Source: Catajapyx aquilonaris (taxonomy: Eukaryota). From it: a DNA stretch of 64,000 bases. Below the pieces are notes generated by a model that searched no databases, was not told the origin of the DNA, and saw only the letters and a program-made list of their open reading frames with translations. The DNA is taken from NCBI GenBank assembly GCA_000934665.2, contig JYFJ02000720.1:1-64000 (forward strand), in the 5' to 3' direction. The position numbers were made by a program, and so were the translations under genes. Each line of letters starts with the position of its first letter. The first letter of the stretch is position 1. Of the stretch, positions 15,253 to 27,181 are shown one piece after another.

Positions 15253-15882
15253 CTGAAAATACATTAAAGGCTCATGTGTTACTTGTCACCAGGAGTAACA
15301 CTTATGGGGTAGTCAATAAACACGAGAATCTGAACAGTTAGGACAGTTATTAGCACCATGGCCAAAAAAATTCCTTTGATGTGACATCAGTTACTTAGTC
15401 CGGAATTTTGGCCACAGTGGCACACATAATTTTCAGTGCTTTGGTTCTCTGAAGAACCTGATAATCACCTGAGTGATCATATACCAGATGAAGACCCAAT
15501 TGCACGAACAGAATTGAGAAGAAAATCTCCAAATATGCATGGGTATTCACAAGGCAGAGATTTTTCCCTTTATTAGTGTTGATACAAATGGCACGAACAA
15601 GGAAAAAATAAATTTTATTTTGGGTATTTCCTCTCACAGACGCACACTTTCCTTTGTTTCTCTTTTATCAATGGGTACAATTATGCAACAATTGACAGTT
15701 GCCATTTTATTAGCACCCTACTTGCATTTGTTGGGTCATGAACTCATGATCAAGAAGGCATTGTACAAATCAGTCCAGGTAGCAGATCTTGTAATCATAT
15801 CCAGGGTCATTGCGCTGGATATCTTGGATACCTTCACCCCATGGCTGTAGAAGACTCAGGTTAGGTCACTCCCCACCCACCC

Positions 15883-16174
15883 CCTGCCCAGGGATTACGC
15901 ACCGGGTGCTCACCTGAGACCGCCACGAGACATTTCCCAGAGCAATCATGTGGCGACCCTACCGGACTAAGGCTGAACTTTATAGGTACGAACGGGGAGG
16001 GAGGGCTACATGCTGGCCCAACATGGCCGCCGGCGGCCATGTTGGGCCCCCCAAGCCCTCCCCTTTCGTACCTATAAAGTTCAGCCTTAGTCCGGTAGGG
16101 TCGCCACATGATTGCTCTGGGAAATGTCTCGTGGCGGTCTCAGGTGAGCACCCGGTGCGTAATCCCTCGGCAGG
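15883..16174. repeat. Near-perfect ~290-bp palindrome (fold-back element)
   Basis: Centre ATGGCCGCC|GGCGGCCAT at 16031/16032; outer arms almost perfectly complementary; mirror-image ORFs on both strands in the ORF track. Confidence 0.95.
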
Positions 16175-16739
16175 TGATAAGCCCAGAAGATAGGGGTAGT
16201 GTCCGTGGGCTGCTTCACCCCTTACAATATATTCCCAATGTCCCACAATATTCGGTTTTCAATTAGTCCGAAGAACCCCAGGGTTCCACATGGTTGTCAT
16301 CTTTTTTATTATTCTCTTCTTCCTCCCCTGGAAGACTTTTGCAGAGATGTTTTTGATGTTTGGAAAGTTGTTTTGGAATGATGGCTGATTTATTAGCCTG
16401 GCAGAGTAGTGCCATGCTGCAGTAAAATTGTTTTTAAAATGGCACAGGATTTTATTGCAAGGGTTTTGGCAATGCTTTGTAAAGAATAGGGCTATGTAGC
16501 AACAAAACATTGACTAGCACTATTCTACACAATTAGGGAGGTCTTGCAAAACTGTAGCGAGGCATGTCAATGAAGTTTTCATTATGTGGGACACTAGAAA
16601 TAAGAATTTCAGGTGATTTATCCTGCCTACATATTTGTGCCATCATTCAGGGTTTGTTTGCACCCTGTCTCTTTTGGACCAGCCCAGTTCACTGGACATA
16701 ATTATGGTCAGCAGTGGAAATTAATGGAGAAGTACAAGT

Positions 16740-16986
16740 GAGGGGGTGAAAATAAAAAACCGACAGCTCCGTCATAAACGTAACGGAGAAAAACGAGAAA
16801 AACCTACAGTTTCCCCGTATATGTCAATGTAAATACCTGAATTTAGCGGCTATTCCCATGTACATATGTAGGGTTTTGGATACCATATTCAGGTATTATG
16901 AAGTCCATGGCATGAGGAATGCATTTCCGGCGCTAACTCATTTTTTTTATTTTCTGGAGCTGTCGGTTTTTGATTTTCACCCCCTC
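16740..16986. mobile_element. MITE with GAG...CTC ends and 4-bp TSD (Sola-like)
   Basis: ~31-bp TIRs GAGGGGGTGAAAAT...ACCGACAGCTCC; TSD AAGT on both sides. Confidence 0.75.
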
Positions 16987-17421
16987 AAGTGTCGCCTCCT
17001 GTCACAGTTTTTTCCCTCTCTACATGAAGAACCACTGTGTAGAGGTGACAAGTGAATTATTTGGGAAAAGCCTGGATGGGGTCAAGTTCTTAGGCTTGCT
17101 GAATTAGCATTATCTAAAAACCAATCAACAAGACCGACATTAGGCACCTTCATACACAATACCCCTTGACCAGAAACATTGGTCAATGGTTGCCGAAGGA
17201 GCAGGATATGAGCGTGAAAATCGCCACTGTTGGGATTTGCAAGGTCACCTCTTTCACAGAAGTGATTATCACCGCTCATATCTTGCAACTTCAGCAACCA
17301 CCGCCTAATGTTTCTGGTTGTTTACTTCGTTAACGGTCCCTCAACATTTCTCCCCCCTACATTTTCGACTTGTTTTGTCCCAAGGAATATGCTGACGGCC
17401 CTTGGGTGGACTAGTAACAAA

Positions 17422-17606
17422 CACCCTGTACATCTGCACAGTGGTATCAACAGTGCAAAAAGAACTGTCCCAGTCATCCTGACGTGTGGGCTGGCCGCTC
17501 GACACACACCATGTAAGTTACATGGTGTGTGTCGAGCGGGCAGCACACACATCAGGATGACTGGGACAATTCTTTTTGAACTGATGATACACATATGCAA
17601 CGGGTG
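17422..17606. repeat. ~185-bp imperfect palindrome; a deleted relative lies at about 18009-18076
   Basis: Centre CATGTAA-G-TTACATG; arms AAAAAGAACTGTCCCAGTCATCCTGA / TCAGGATGACTGGGACAATTCTTTTT. Confidence 0.85.
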
Positions 17607-18119
17607 CTGAAATAAAAATTAATGTAACAATAATTAGTGGACGGGAAATTTAAAGCGGTGGTGAGAGCAATGTTAAGATATTCCTCCATCAGGAAGAAGA
17701 GCCTGGCAGGAAAAAAAAACAGCATTATCTCGAGGGAAATGTGAGAAGATAGTGCAATCTTTTCTGTCCAGTCAAACACTTTTGCTCTGCTGTTTTCCTC
17801 GCATCCATTCTTAAATTGAGAAGTTCTCCTTATATTGCAGGCTGGATGAAATGACCACATACTCGTACACTACAATTATTCTACAAACATAACACAACCA
17901 CAACTGAAGAAGAAAACCTTATTCCCAAGCAATAACTAGTTTTAAAGAGCTCAGCATGTATCGTAATGTGTATCAACAGTATCAACAGGAACCAGTTACT
18001 GGTTCCTTTCATCCTGACGCGTGGCTGCCCGCTCGACGCGACGGGACAATTCTTTTTGAACTGTTGATACCACTGCATTTCATTAACTAGGGAAAGAAAA
18101 TATTTTGAATCCTGTATTG

Positions 18120-18504
18120 CAGGGGTGGGCAAATTGATCAGGCCTGGGGTGACAATTTGTGCGGCCCTCGCAAAAATTTCTGTATTCCTTAAAATGTTGA
18201 AAAATTAAAATTGAAAAATCTTATGCCTGTGCCTTTCTTCTTAATTCTTTTTAAATTCACAAAAATATTGTTTTTTAAAAATTTATACAGGCCATTTTCA
18301 TTGATATATTTAGCTAATTTTATCGATTTTCAGAGAATTTAATGATAATAATTTATGCAATTAATGGAAGTTCATTTAAAACGATGGATATACTGTATAA
18401 TTGTAAACTTTTTAATAAGCTGATATTTCTTTTGTTAGATGCGGCCCGTAAATGTTTTACAAATCTCTATGAGGTCCACGGAGAAAAAAGTTTGCCCACC
18501 CCTC
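18120..18504. mobile_element. hAT-type MITE
   Basis: TIRs CAGGGGTGGGCAAA / TTTGCCCACCCCTC; exact 8-bp TSD CTGTATTG. Confidence 0.9.
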
Positions 18505-18519
18505 CTGTATTGCATATAC

Positions 18520-18798
18520 CAGGGGTGGCCAAACTTGCTTAACGTAAGAGCCAAATGCGGAAAACTTCAGACACTGAAGAGCCACGAGACGTGAACATTA
18601 CAGAATTACACATACATTTTCATTGTTCCATGATCATTCTTTTACAAATAAGGAATACATTTATGATTTTATGATGTAGTAGTACTTACAAGTAGTACTT
18701 TGCATTAACTTTACTGGCCAGCAAAGGAATAAGCCCAGTCAGCATACGTCTGAGAGCCGCACATGTAATGTCAAAGAGCCACGGTTTGGCCACCCCTG
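18520..18798. mobile_element. hAT-type MITE
   Basis: TIRs CAGGGGTGGCCAAAC / GTTTGGCCACCCCTG; 8-bp TSD GCATATAC/GCATATAT. Confidence 0.9.
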
Positions 18799-18807
18799 GC
18801 ATATATA

Positions 18808-19405
18808 CAGTTGACTCCAGATATAACAGACTTCAAGGGACCATGGGGAAAAAGTATGTGTTATAGCCACATCGCCACTTTTGCAACACATCCACAAGTT
18901 TTCTGCTTTCCATATGCTTATAATGCACACTACTGCATTTATTAATGAAACTATCCACAAAAAATCGAAATTAGCTCACCCGTGAACTACAGTAGGGAAA
19001 AAACTCAGCAGGGGGCGGGGCTAATTATGGTTGCCAAGGGCACAAGCCACCCCCAAAACGCATGAGTTATCTTGCCCCTAGTACAGGCAGGAACAAAAAA
19101 TCCATAATTTTCTTTTGCCGTCTCCTTGTTGCCATATATACCAGAAAAAGTACAATTTTGAGTAACTTAGATCAGTGACAGATGCAAAAATCACTCCTAT
19201 CCAGTATTCTCTGCCTTCCTGCATGTGGGAAAGGAAGTTGAATAATAATAATAATAAAAAAAGCATATTTTCCCTCTGTGGGGCCAAGAAATGGTGTGTT
19301 ATAACCAAGGTGAGGTGAAAATGGGTCAGTTATATCAGGAGTAAAAATACACAGGGCCTTAAGGAAGTTTACCGAGCTCAGGCCTGTTATAACTGGAGTC
19401 AACTG
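18808..19405. mobile_element. pogo/Tigger-like MITE
   Basis: TA|CAGTTGACTCCAGATATAACAG ... CTGTTATAACTGGAGTCAACTG|TA. Confidence 0.85.
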
Positions 19406-20774
19406 TATTTAGGAAAAAGTTCAAACATATTTTAATGCTATTATTTTAGACACCCTGTACTGTGTCATCAGGCTCTTTAGGGCACCTCAATCCCTTTACC
19501 AGATGCTCAGATATCACAATGCATTGACAAAGCAACAAAAAAATGTGATGCGATTTAAAAACTTACAGCCAAATAAGACATTAGAAAACCTGCCAAAACG
19601 CCATACGCCAATACGAACATTTCACTTTGAACAGCCTGTATCTTAATTTCCTCACACCTGCAATGCAGGGAGCAACTAAAATTCACTTTGCTTACTAACG
19701 AAATACCCTCCTACATTATGATTTACTGTAAAATGTGAAATATGGTATTTGGAACCATTCAGGTCTCAACTATCTCCAACTGAGCCAGCCAATTTGTAAG
19801 CAATGAAACTGATCTATCAACATCATGGTGTCCACATTCATCCCAATGAAAAACAAAAGTTGCAGTCTATCTGCAAGATAGAAACATTCTTGTATCTCCC
19901 ACCAATCTGTCCGAGCCTATATGGATTCAGCCAAACAAATAAAATGCAACACCATTGATATTGTGTGAATGCATTGTGCTTCACCAATTAACACATGATG
20001 CAATTGGTCTTATAGGTGTCAATGGCCTAATACAATTTCAACTCATGTCCTACCTGCTGCAGTTGTCTAATTTGCATAGTTGCATGGGAATGCGTCATCA
20101 AATGCCTAACATCAAGTTTTGTAAGTGACATGACTTTCTGAACCTTCGTGAGCAACAGCAATAACTTCAATCCATGCAAGACGTTGCCTCTGCTCAGAAT
20201 TAAGTTCCTCTGGTTGAAAGTGAAGTAAAAATCTGTACTCTCCTTCATTGCAAGCTGACCCTTCAACTGTGGCATTAACCTACTGACAGTGAGTATTACA
20301 CACAGAAGGCTGAACAATATCAAACATTTTTGCACCCAGAGTGGTATGGTGGTAAAATCATGATTCAGCAGGTTTTTGAAAAGTCTAATCTGGGGGCTAG
20401 AGGGGGCTATACTGCATGCTTGTTGTAAGTGAGGATGCTGGTTCAGAGTGGAGTTTTGCCTACATTTTATCTGCAAAGACTCCACCAAATAAAAATGGTA
20501 TTTCCTATCAATTACATTATAATCGTGGATAACAAATTCATGGCTATTCATGGTTAAGGAATCCTCTTTTTCATCGACTTTATTCATTAACGGCACTGGG
20601 ATGGATTTCAATTGTAGCAGGAAACAGGAGAACCTTGATAAAACCCACTTGAGCACAAACGGGAACCCACTGAAACACTTGCCACATGAGAAAGTAGAAA
20701 GTGATTGAATATCGGATGTTTACAGAATGTTCATTATGTTAATCACTAATCGACTGAAATTCATTGCAATCATA

Positions 20775-21684
20775 CGAGGGGTGTTCAAGTCATTCCCGGA
20801 CTTTATTTTTTAACAAATCACACACAAGTGACACAGGTGTCAAACCTTGGTCATTTCTCGACATAGTCCCCAGCAACAGCACAACATTTTCCCCACCGAT
20901 GTATAAGCGCTTTTATCCCAGCAGCATAGAATGAGAGTTCCCCCCTCCTCAGCAACGCCAGGACAGCTTCTTGCACTGCCTCATTCGTCTCGATGACAAA
21001 TGCTCTTTTAAAGGCCCAAAAAGGTGGAAATCGCTGGGGGCGAGGTCGGGGCTGTATGGCAGGTGAGGAATAGTGGTCCAAGTGAGTGTGCGAATTTTGT
21101 TCATGGTAATATGGGCTGTGTGGGGGCGGGCATTGTCCTGCAGTAGAATAATGCCTTGCAGACACCTTAGAGACGTGAAGGTGTTCATGCAGAATAGTCT
21201 CAACACTGCCACAACTGATTCCTGTCATCTGCACAAGTCCACGATCAGTTAACGCGACGGTTACTGAGCACTAAACCCTCCACACGCTTGATGTTCGCTG
21301 GCGTCACCACACTCGGCGCCGACCCACCATGTCCCGGATCATCGAGCACACTTTTGCGGCCGCCTTTGTATCGTGCAGCCCACTTGTACACCACCGATCT
21401 GCTTAGGGTATCCTCCCCATACTGTCTCCTTAGTCTGGTGACAATGTCCGATGTTTTGATGCCTTCCGCTACCAGAAACTTAACGATAATGCGCTGTCCC
21501 ACTACTGCGCTGACACCATCCGAAGCCATCTTTTTTTTCTCTCTCACATGACTGTTTACGGAGACTGGCCCTTGACTGAACATACAAGACAGTTGAAGGA
21601 AGGTGTGGTATAAGTTTGACACCTGTGTCACTTGTGTATGATTTGTTAAAAAATAAAGTCCGGGAATGACTTGAACACCCCTCG
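20775..21684 (-). mobile_element. Internally deleted mariner (Tc1/mariner) transposon with transposase pseudogene
   Basis: ~60-bp TIRs (CGAGGGGTGTTCAAGTCATTCCCGGAC...), TA on both sides. Transposase pieces from ATG 21529 to stop 20851: HTH region, ...KVSAR, then DNARPH, YSPDLAPSDFHLF, GDYVEK, with frameshifts; the WVP motif and first catalytic Asp region are missing. Confidence 0.95.
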
Positions 21685-22037
21685 TAGTAGTTACAGAGGA
21701 GTTCAAAATTTTGATTGCTATTTAAAAACAGCTAAAAGCATCAGTGAAAAAAGGAGGAGTAATTACACTGCAAAAAAAACTAGCTTGTTTAGGGCACTGA
21801 TCTGGCACTGATATTCATCCAGATGTTCAAAAACAACTTTCGTAATGATTATAATTCATCATAGTGTAGTCCCCCACATTCAGGCGTATGAGACTCCACG
21901 TAGAGTAACGCGTGGGGGAAAGTAAAACAACCACAATGGACCTGTATTCACGACAAATGGTCAAAATGTCTGTCCAGGAGAATGGCCAGTCAAGAACTGA
22001 TTATATTTGACAGATCCAACAAAAATATCCTGGTTAA

Positions 22038-23209
22038 CCCCTTCGGTACCAGATCTAGGCGATGAGATTCATTTCTGTTCAACTTGCACGTACTCTGAAG
22101 ATACGGACAAGATGTTTTACAAATAATAACAGCTATACTTACACAGTCATGCTGTACACTATGAATATGATTGGAACAATTTTCCACATCTAGAATTCGC
22201 AAATTTAATTTCCAAAAGGTCGCCGTCACAACTGTTAAGGCTAGTTTATACTCTGCCGTAAGGGGCGCGAAGTAGCAGTAGCGCCATAAAGAAAGCAAGC
22301 CTGCTACTACAAGCGGTTTATACTAGCTATAGCTACTGTACGTCAAGCCGCGTCAAGCATTGCCGGATTCCTAATACAAGAGGTGTCAGCCCAGAGTCCG
22401 CAGCTCCGGTCTGCCATGGATTTTGGACTCGAATTTTTTAATACTAAAAAAGTCCGTGGGTCTCAGCAATGATCATATTAGCTGGCCAAAAATCAAATCC
22501 TTCTGGGAATATGCATTACGAGCCAGCATTTTGTCACATACGGCAAGCGTAGCAGAGCCGCCATGTTTTTTTGCCGTAGTGGCCTTATGACATAGCTGAA
22601 AAGTTGAGTTTCCTTCAACTTATACAGCAGCCGTAAGGAGTTTTCACACCATAGTGCTCTGGGGATACAGCAGCAGGCGTGCCGCAAGCTGACGTAGTGC
22701 CCCTTACGGCGGAGTATAAACTAGCCTTTAGGCTGATTTAATTACGAATTACATTAAAATATACGGAACAACCACCTTGAGAATCTTACTTTGACGAATC
22801 TGCTAAAATCGTCGTACTTTGTGAGAATAATTAAATTATTACTTACTGCGGCTTGCCCCTCACTTCAGAAAACTCCGAAATCGATTTAATTTTCTCAAGT
22901 ACGAGAGTTTAAACAGATTTGGCATAGCACAATTCTCAAGATTGTTATTCCATACATTTAATGTATTTCATAATTAAATCAGCCTAACAGTTGAACGGCA
23001 GTAATTTAATTTCGAGTTTTTATGCGATTTTTTTGAAATTAATTTGGCGAATTCTAGAAGTGGAAAATTGTCCCAAGCATATTCATAGTCTACAGCATGA
23101 ACGTGTAAGTATAGCTGTTATTATTTGGAAAATATCTTGTCCGTATCCTCAGAGTACGTGCAAGTTGAACAGAAGCGAATCTCATCACCTAGATCTGGTA
23201 CCGAAGGGA
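22038..23209. mobile_element. piggyBac-like fold-back MITE inserted in the 3' LTR
   Basis: TTAA|CCCCTTCGGTACCAGATCTAGG ... CCTAGATCTGGTACCGAAGGGA|TTCA; long imperfect inverted arms (22038-22215 vs 23030-23209) continuing inward. Confidence 0.8.
22238..22727. mobile_element. PIF/Harbinger-like MITE nested in the piggyBac MITE
   Basis: TIRs AGGCTAGTTTATACTCTGCCGTAAGGGGC / GCCCCTTACGGCGGAGTATAAACTAGCCT, 3-bp TSD TTA on both sides. Confidence 0.85.
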
Positions 23210-23689
23210 TTCACAAGGCAACAGGCAGAAGTATGTTTACAGGACACTACATTCCTCCCCCCTTAAAAAGAGAGGAGAAACATCTTTCAACCCCCCCCCC
23301 CCCCCCNCCCACCACCACCATCCTTAGGCAGTTGAGATCCGTCGCCCCCTGTATGCCGCTTAAAAATACCATTTTCCTCCTGTGTTCTCGCCTCTGTTTT
23401 ATCTTATTTTATTTTATCTAACAAAATTGATATTTCAACTTGTGGGCGCCCCTAGGCAATTGCCTTTTCTGCCTAATGGGAAATACGGTGCTGGTTCCAA
23501 CAATATTTTTTCTTCTTCTTTTGCAGCTAGAGTTTCTCTCTCGCTCCAGGCCCAGTCAATCTTCTGGATCTGATGTTGATGCTTTCCCTCTTGTGGACTC
23601 TGAAATCGCTTCAGTGTCTCCCTCTGCAGCTTCCTTTAGGAGCTCTCCAAGGTCACGGTCCTAGTCGTCCCACAGCTTGTCTTCTGTGG

Positions 23690-23945
23690 GCTTCTCTTGT
23701 CACCAGCATCTCCACAATCACCAGACTTCTCAAGATCACCGTCTGCTGGGCCACCATTCTAATCAAGATCAGCATCTGCTGGACTACCAGTGTTTTCGAG
23801 TCCAGCATCGGCTTGTTCCCCAGACTCCTCACAAACAGCATCTGCTATAGCACCAGACTCATGTTCAGCGCCTGCTTGGCCACCAGTCTCCTCATAATCA
23901 ACATCTCCTTGATCACCAGTCCCGTCAGGATAAGCATCCACTTGG
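23690..23945 (-). repeat. Degenerate ~33-bp tandem repeat encoding an acidic 11-aa repeat in the retroelement interior
   Basis: DAYPDGTGDQG/DVDYEETGGQA/GAEHESGAIA/DAVCEESGEQA/DAGLENTGSPA/DADLD*NGGPA/DGDLEKSGDCG. Confidence 0.7.
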
Positions 23946-26310
23946 CTGCCTGACTCAGGTTCAGCTTCTACTTGTCCACCAGCCTCCGCCTCTAGCTGCT
24001 TCTACATTGGCTTCCACCAGTTGTCCAAAAACAGGATAACCCCTGCCGCATCATCTCTGTTTTTCTCCGGCATCCCTCTCTGCTGTTCTTTGCGTCTGCC
24101 AGCCCCTTGGCACCCTAAAGCATCTTGACGAATAAGCCACCAGCATCATTATTACCATCACTATACAGGTGCGGCACACATTCCTTGCACCCAGGCGCCG
24201 TCTTGCCCTGTGACGTGACAGTCAAGTCGCATGGTGCCATCTCCTCTGTACCTCGCCAACTTGTCTTCCAAGCCCCAGATACATGCCTGCAGCCCCTGGC
24301 TTCAGTGCACCAGTCCATCGTCATGGCTCATACGTTCTGCCTCCACGGCCATACGCACGAATTCATGTCTCACTTCCTTCCGGAGCTCTGCCATCATGGA
24401 AGCCCTCTCTCGTCAGGCAGGAAGCCTCCTCGCAATGCCGGGTAGTCTCCATCTTGACCCCCCTTGCTTTCCTGCCACCTACGTACGGAGATGTAGTTCT
24501 CTGGAGTTCTCTCCTCCATCCTGCACTGCAGTACTTCCACAACTGCCCTTGGCTGGCTGATTCCACATCTGCATGACCTAGGATGGCTTGTAGCTGGTCG
24601 AGGTATTTCATCCCCCTCAGCGACATCCAATCCGACTTTGTGGTTCCAAAATCACACTGTCTGACACCAATTGTAGTGTCCCACGTTCAGGCATAAGAGA
24701 CGCCATGAAGAATAACACTTTCATCTCCAGATTGGACAGAGAAAAATCACATCGAAAGAGTTTTAATGGGTTCCTTCCATTTGTATGGGATTTCTTGGGG
24801 TTCTCCCATTTCCTCCCACAATCAAAATCTACCGTATTGCATTTAATGAATAAAGCTGAGTATTTAAGAGAGGTTGTTCAGTTTATCCAGTTTCCCTCTG
24901 ATGTTTACGACCCTGTTTTTCTGCCCTGATGCCCCAAATAATGCAATGAATGTTAAATATAATGAACAAAAAATAATTTGTCAATATTTCCAAAGATATC
25001 AATATACAGCATGGATAGTGAAGCACCACACATGCCTACTCCACCATCTATTTCAAAATTTAGGACCTGAGAACATTTAGCAAATACTCGACTCAACTTT
25101 AAATTTGGTGTCTAGCTGTGTAAATTCTGAAACATGGTATACAAGTACTCTCTCTTATCTGAATGTCTTGGGACCAGACACGTTTTGGAATGAGGAACCT
25201 TTTGGTTTTTGGAATGGTATTTAAATTTTGTAAGTACTGTATATCCCCATACAATATCCCAGGAATAGGTCAACCTCCCAACCTTGAATGCCTGTACAGT
25301 ACATATCATGCAGTAAGGGCATGACAACCCAATTTCAGGAAACTGGAGAAGGGGCTACCTGAATGAACGTCATCATTGTCATGGTGACTGTTGCCTTTAG
25401 GTGGGAGTCTGACATCTGATGATGGTTACTCATTCTTTCTTGCTTTAATAATAATGCATATTGCATACAGCTTGACGACAGCTCCAGCACTGGCTTTTTC
25501 CAATAACTGCTAACTTTGACTCCACTAAACAACTCTGATATTTCAGAGGTGTGAACAACAGATTATGTATGTCTGTACTGCCATCATATGAAGAAGAAGA
25601 AAAAGTGTAATACTGCAATATCCAGTCAGAATAGAAGGTGGTTGTCCAGCTACATTAAACTCCCAGAGGCTGTCATAGTCTAATGGGCTTTCCTGCATAT
25701 TGCTATAAGTATTTTTTTATAGGACAGCTTTACAATAAGAGAAAATTTACTGATACTTGCAGAGAGTAGAGAGATAGTAGAGTTATTTAAAAGATGGAGT
25801 GATCAACATTATCAAAGAACTAATTGTACTCCCGATTACACATCCTAATGAATGCACAGTTGTGCTCAGATAATCGAAAAACACAGATAATACTCCGAAA
25901 TGGGTCCTAGACACCGTAAAATGAGCTATTCACAGGTTTTTAATGGACTACTACTGCTTTAAATCAGGTTGAATCAAAATAATAAAATTTACTGCAGATT
26001 TTTAGTCTGTCTTCTGGATACAGTATGCTGCATTTCTTTGTTTGCAAGACATATTAACATTCTTTTGGACATTTATTTCTAACTCTTGTTTTTGGCAATA
26101 TGCAAGGATAACCTGCAACACAAATAATCGGGAGTACAGTGTAATACGCATGACAGAAATCGTTAAAATATTTTTCGCATAAATTTCAACAAGAACGTTT
26201 TAAGTAATATGGGTAAAAATGTTATGGACGAAAATTGTTATCTGCAATACCATTGCAATTTTAACAGTTACTGTCACCTTAACTTAAACTCTACCTGACA
26301 CGCAACTCAC

Positions 26311-26743
26311 TTGGAAAAAATCCCTCTTGTCCAGTCCGCCTGTTCCTCCCCTTGAGCCAGCCCTTGGGTTCCTCTTCGCTACCATCAAACCTGAAGGTGA
26401 ATGGCTTAGACACCTCCATCACGTCATCTGCCAGCATCCCAATCTCTTCTGGTCCACCAGGCAGGTAGTCGTGGATTGCCCTGTAGAGAACAGACTCCTC
26501 CTGAGGCTGGGGCGGGTGTGGTATCGGCACAGGTTGAGTTGGAGCACTGCTCTCGGATGTTGTTCTGCTGCGATTGGAAGGTGGGGGTGGCAGGGGAGGT
26601 GGTGGCGGAGCTTCGGATGAGTACGAGGAGAGGGAAGATGAGGAGGAGGAATTTGGGGGCAGGTGCTGGGTAGGGGGGATGGCAGTCTGCGGCCCATTGT
26701 TGTCAGGCCATCCCCCTCCAACCAAATCACCACCACTGCTCAT
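26311..26743 (-). CDS. PIK3R1: PI3K regulatory subunit p85-like, first coding exon (Pro/Ser-rich N-terminus plus most of SH3)
   Basis: Translation ...LYRAIHDYLPGGPEEIGMLADDVMEVSK...GWLKGRNRRTGQEGFFP resembles the p85 SH3 (YRALYDY...[20 protein letters not shown], recalled). Ends at donor CCAA|GTGAGT (26311/26310). In-frame TGA upstream of the ATG; acceptor TTCCATTGCAG at 26797. Symbol means 'p85-like'; orthology untested. Confidence 0.85.
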
Positions 26744-27110
26744 GTGGGTTGGCTTCAGGTTAGGTCCAGATGTAGCAAAGGCCCATTTCAGTCAGTCTGC
26801 AATGGAAGATCTCAATTCTAATCCATGTTCGGACAACTCCGTAAACAAAGCAATAAATGGTCACACTGACATGCGTTTTTCCAAGTCACAATTACTGTCA
26901 GTTAAATGAACACAATGCCTGATTTTTGGAATGAGATGGAACTATTGTACATAGAAGGGAGGTGCATATTGATATGACAGGCAATAAAGTGACCAAAACT
27001 ACAGTCAGTGGATAAATGCATCCTCCATATTATTTTCTTGCAAAGGCACTACAATACATCTGTCATATTATCTAGTCCATAATAGTAAAATGCGACTCTA
27101 ATATACTCAC

Positions 27111-27181
27111 ACAACCTGTTCCATACATCAACTTATATTATAGCATCAACATTAAATAATACTGGAAATAAATAAGGTAAC
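27111..27181 (-). other. Putative 71-nt 5'UTR exon containing four upstream ATGs
   Basis: Acceptor CTCTTTGCAG and donor TGT|GTGAGTAT flank it. Confidence 0.5.

Larger units (their letters stand above)
21865..24720 (-). mobile_element. Degenerate non-autonomous LTR retrotransposon (Gypsy-like; gag-like remnant, no pol)
   Basis: LTR end ...ACTACA at 24672 followed by PBS TGGTGTCAGA (matches tRNA-Leu 3' end as recalled); PPT AAGGGGGGAGGAA abutting TGTAGTG at 23251; 3' LTR 23251-21865, whose last ~50 bp match 24672-24720. Broken ORFs lie between. Confidence 0.75.

Noticed and set aside
20027..20656. 209-aa intronic ORF on the minus strand
   Set aside because: Non-ATG start, no recognisable domain, no convincing flanking splice sites; likely chance, though not excluded without a search.
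23690..23945. Possible CRISPR-like array
   Set aside because: Tandem degenerate coding repeat with no constant repeat plus unique spacer structure; eukaryotic context with no cas genes.
24770..24835. SINE-core-like fragment (GGGGTTCTCCCATTTCCTCCCACA) beside the truncated 5' LTR
   Set aside because: Too short and diverged to call.
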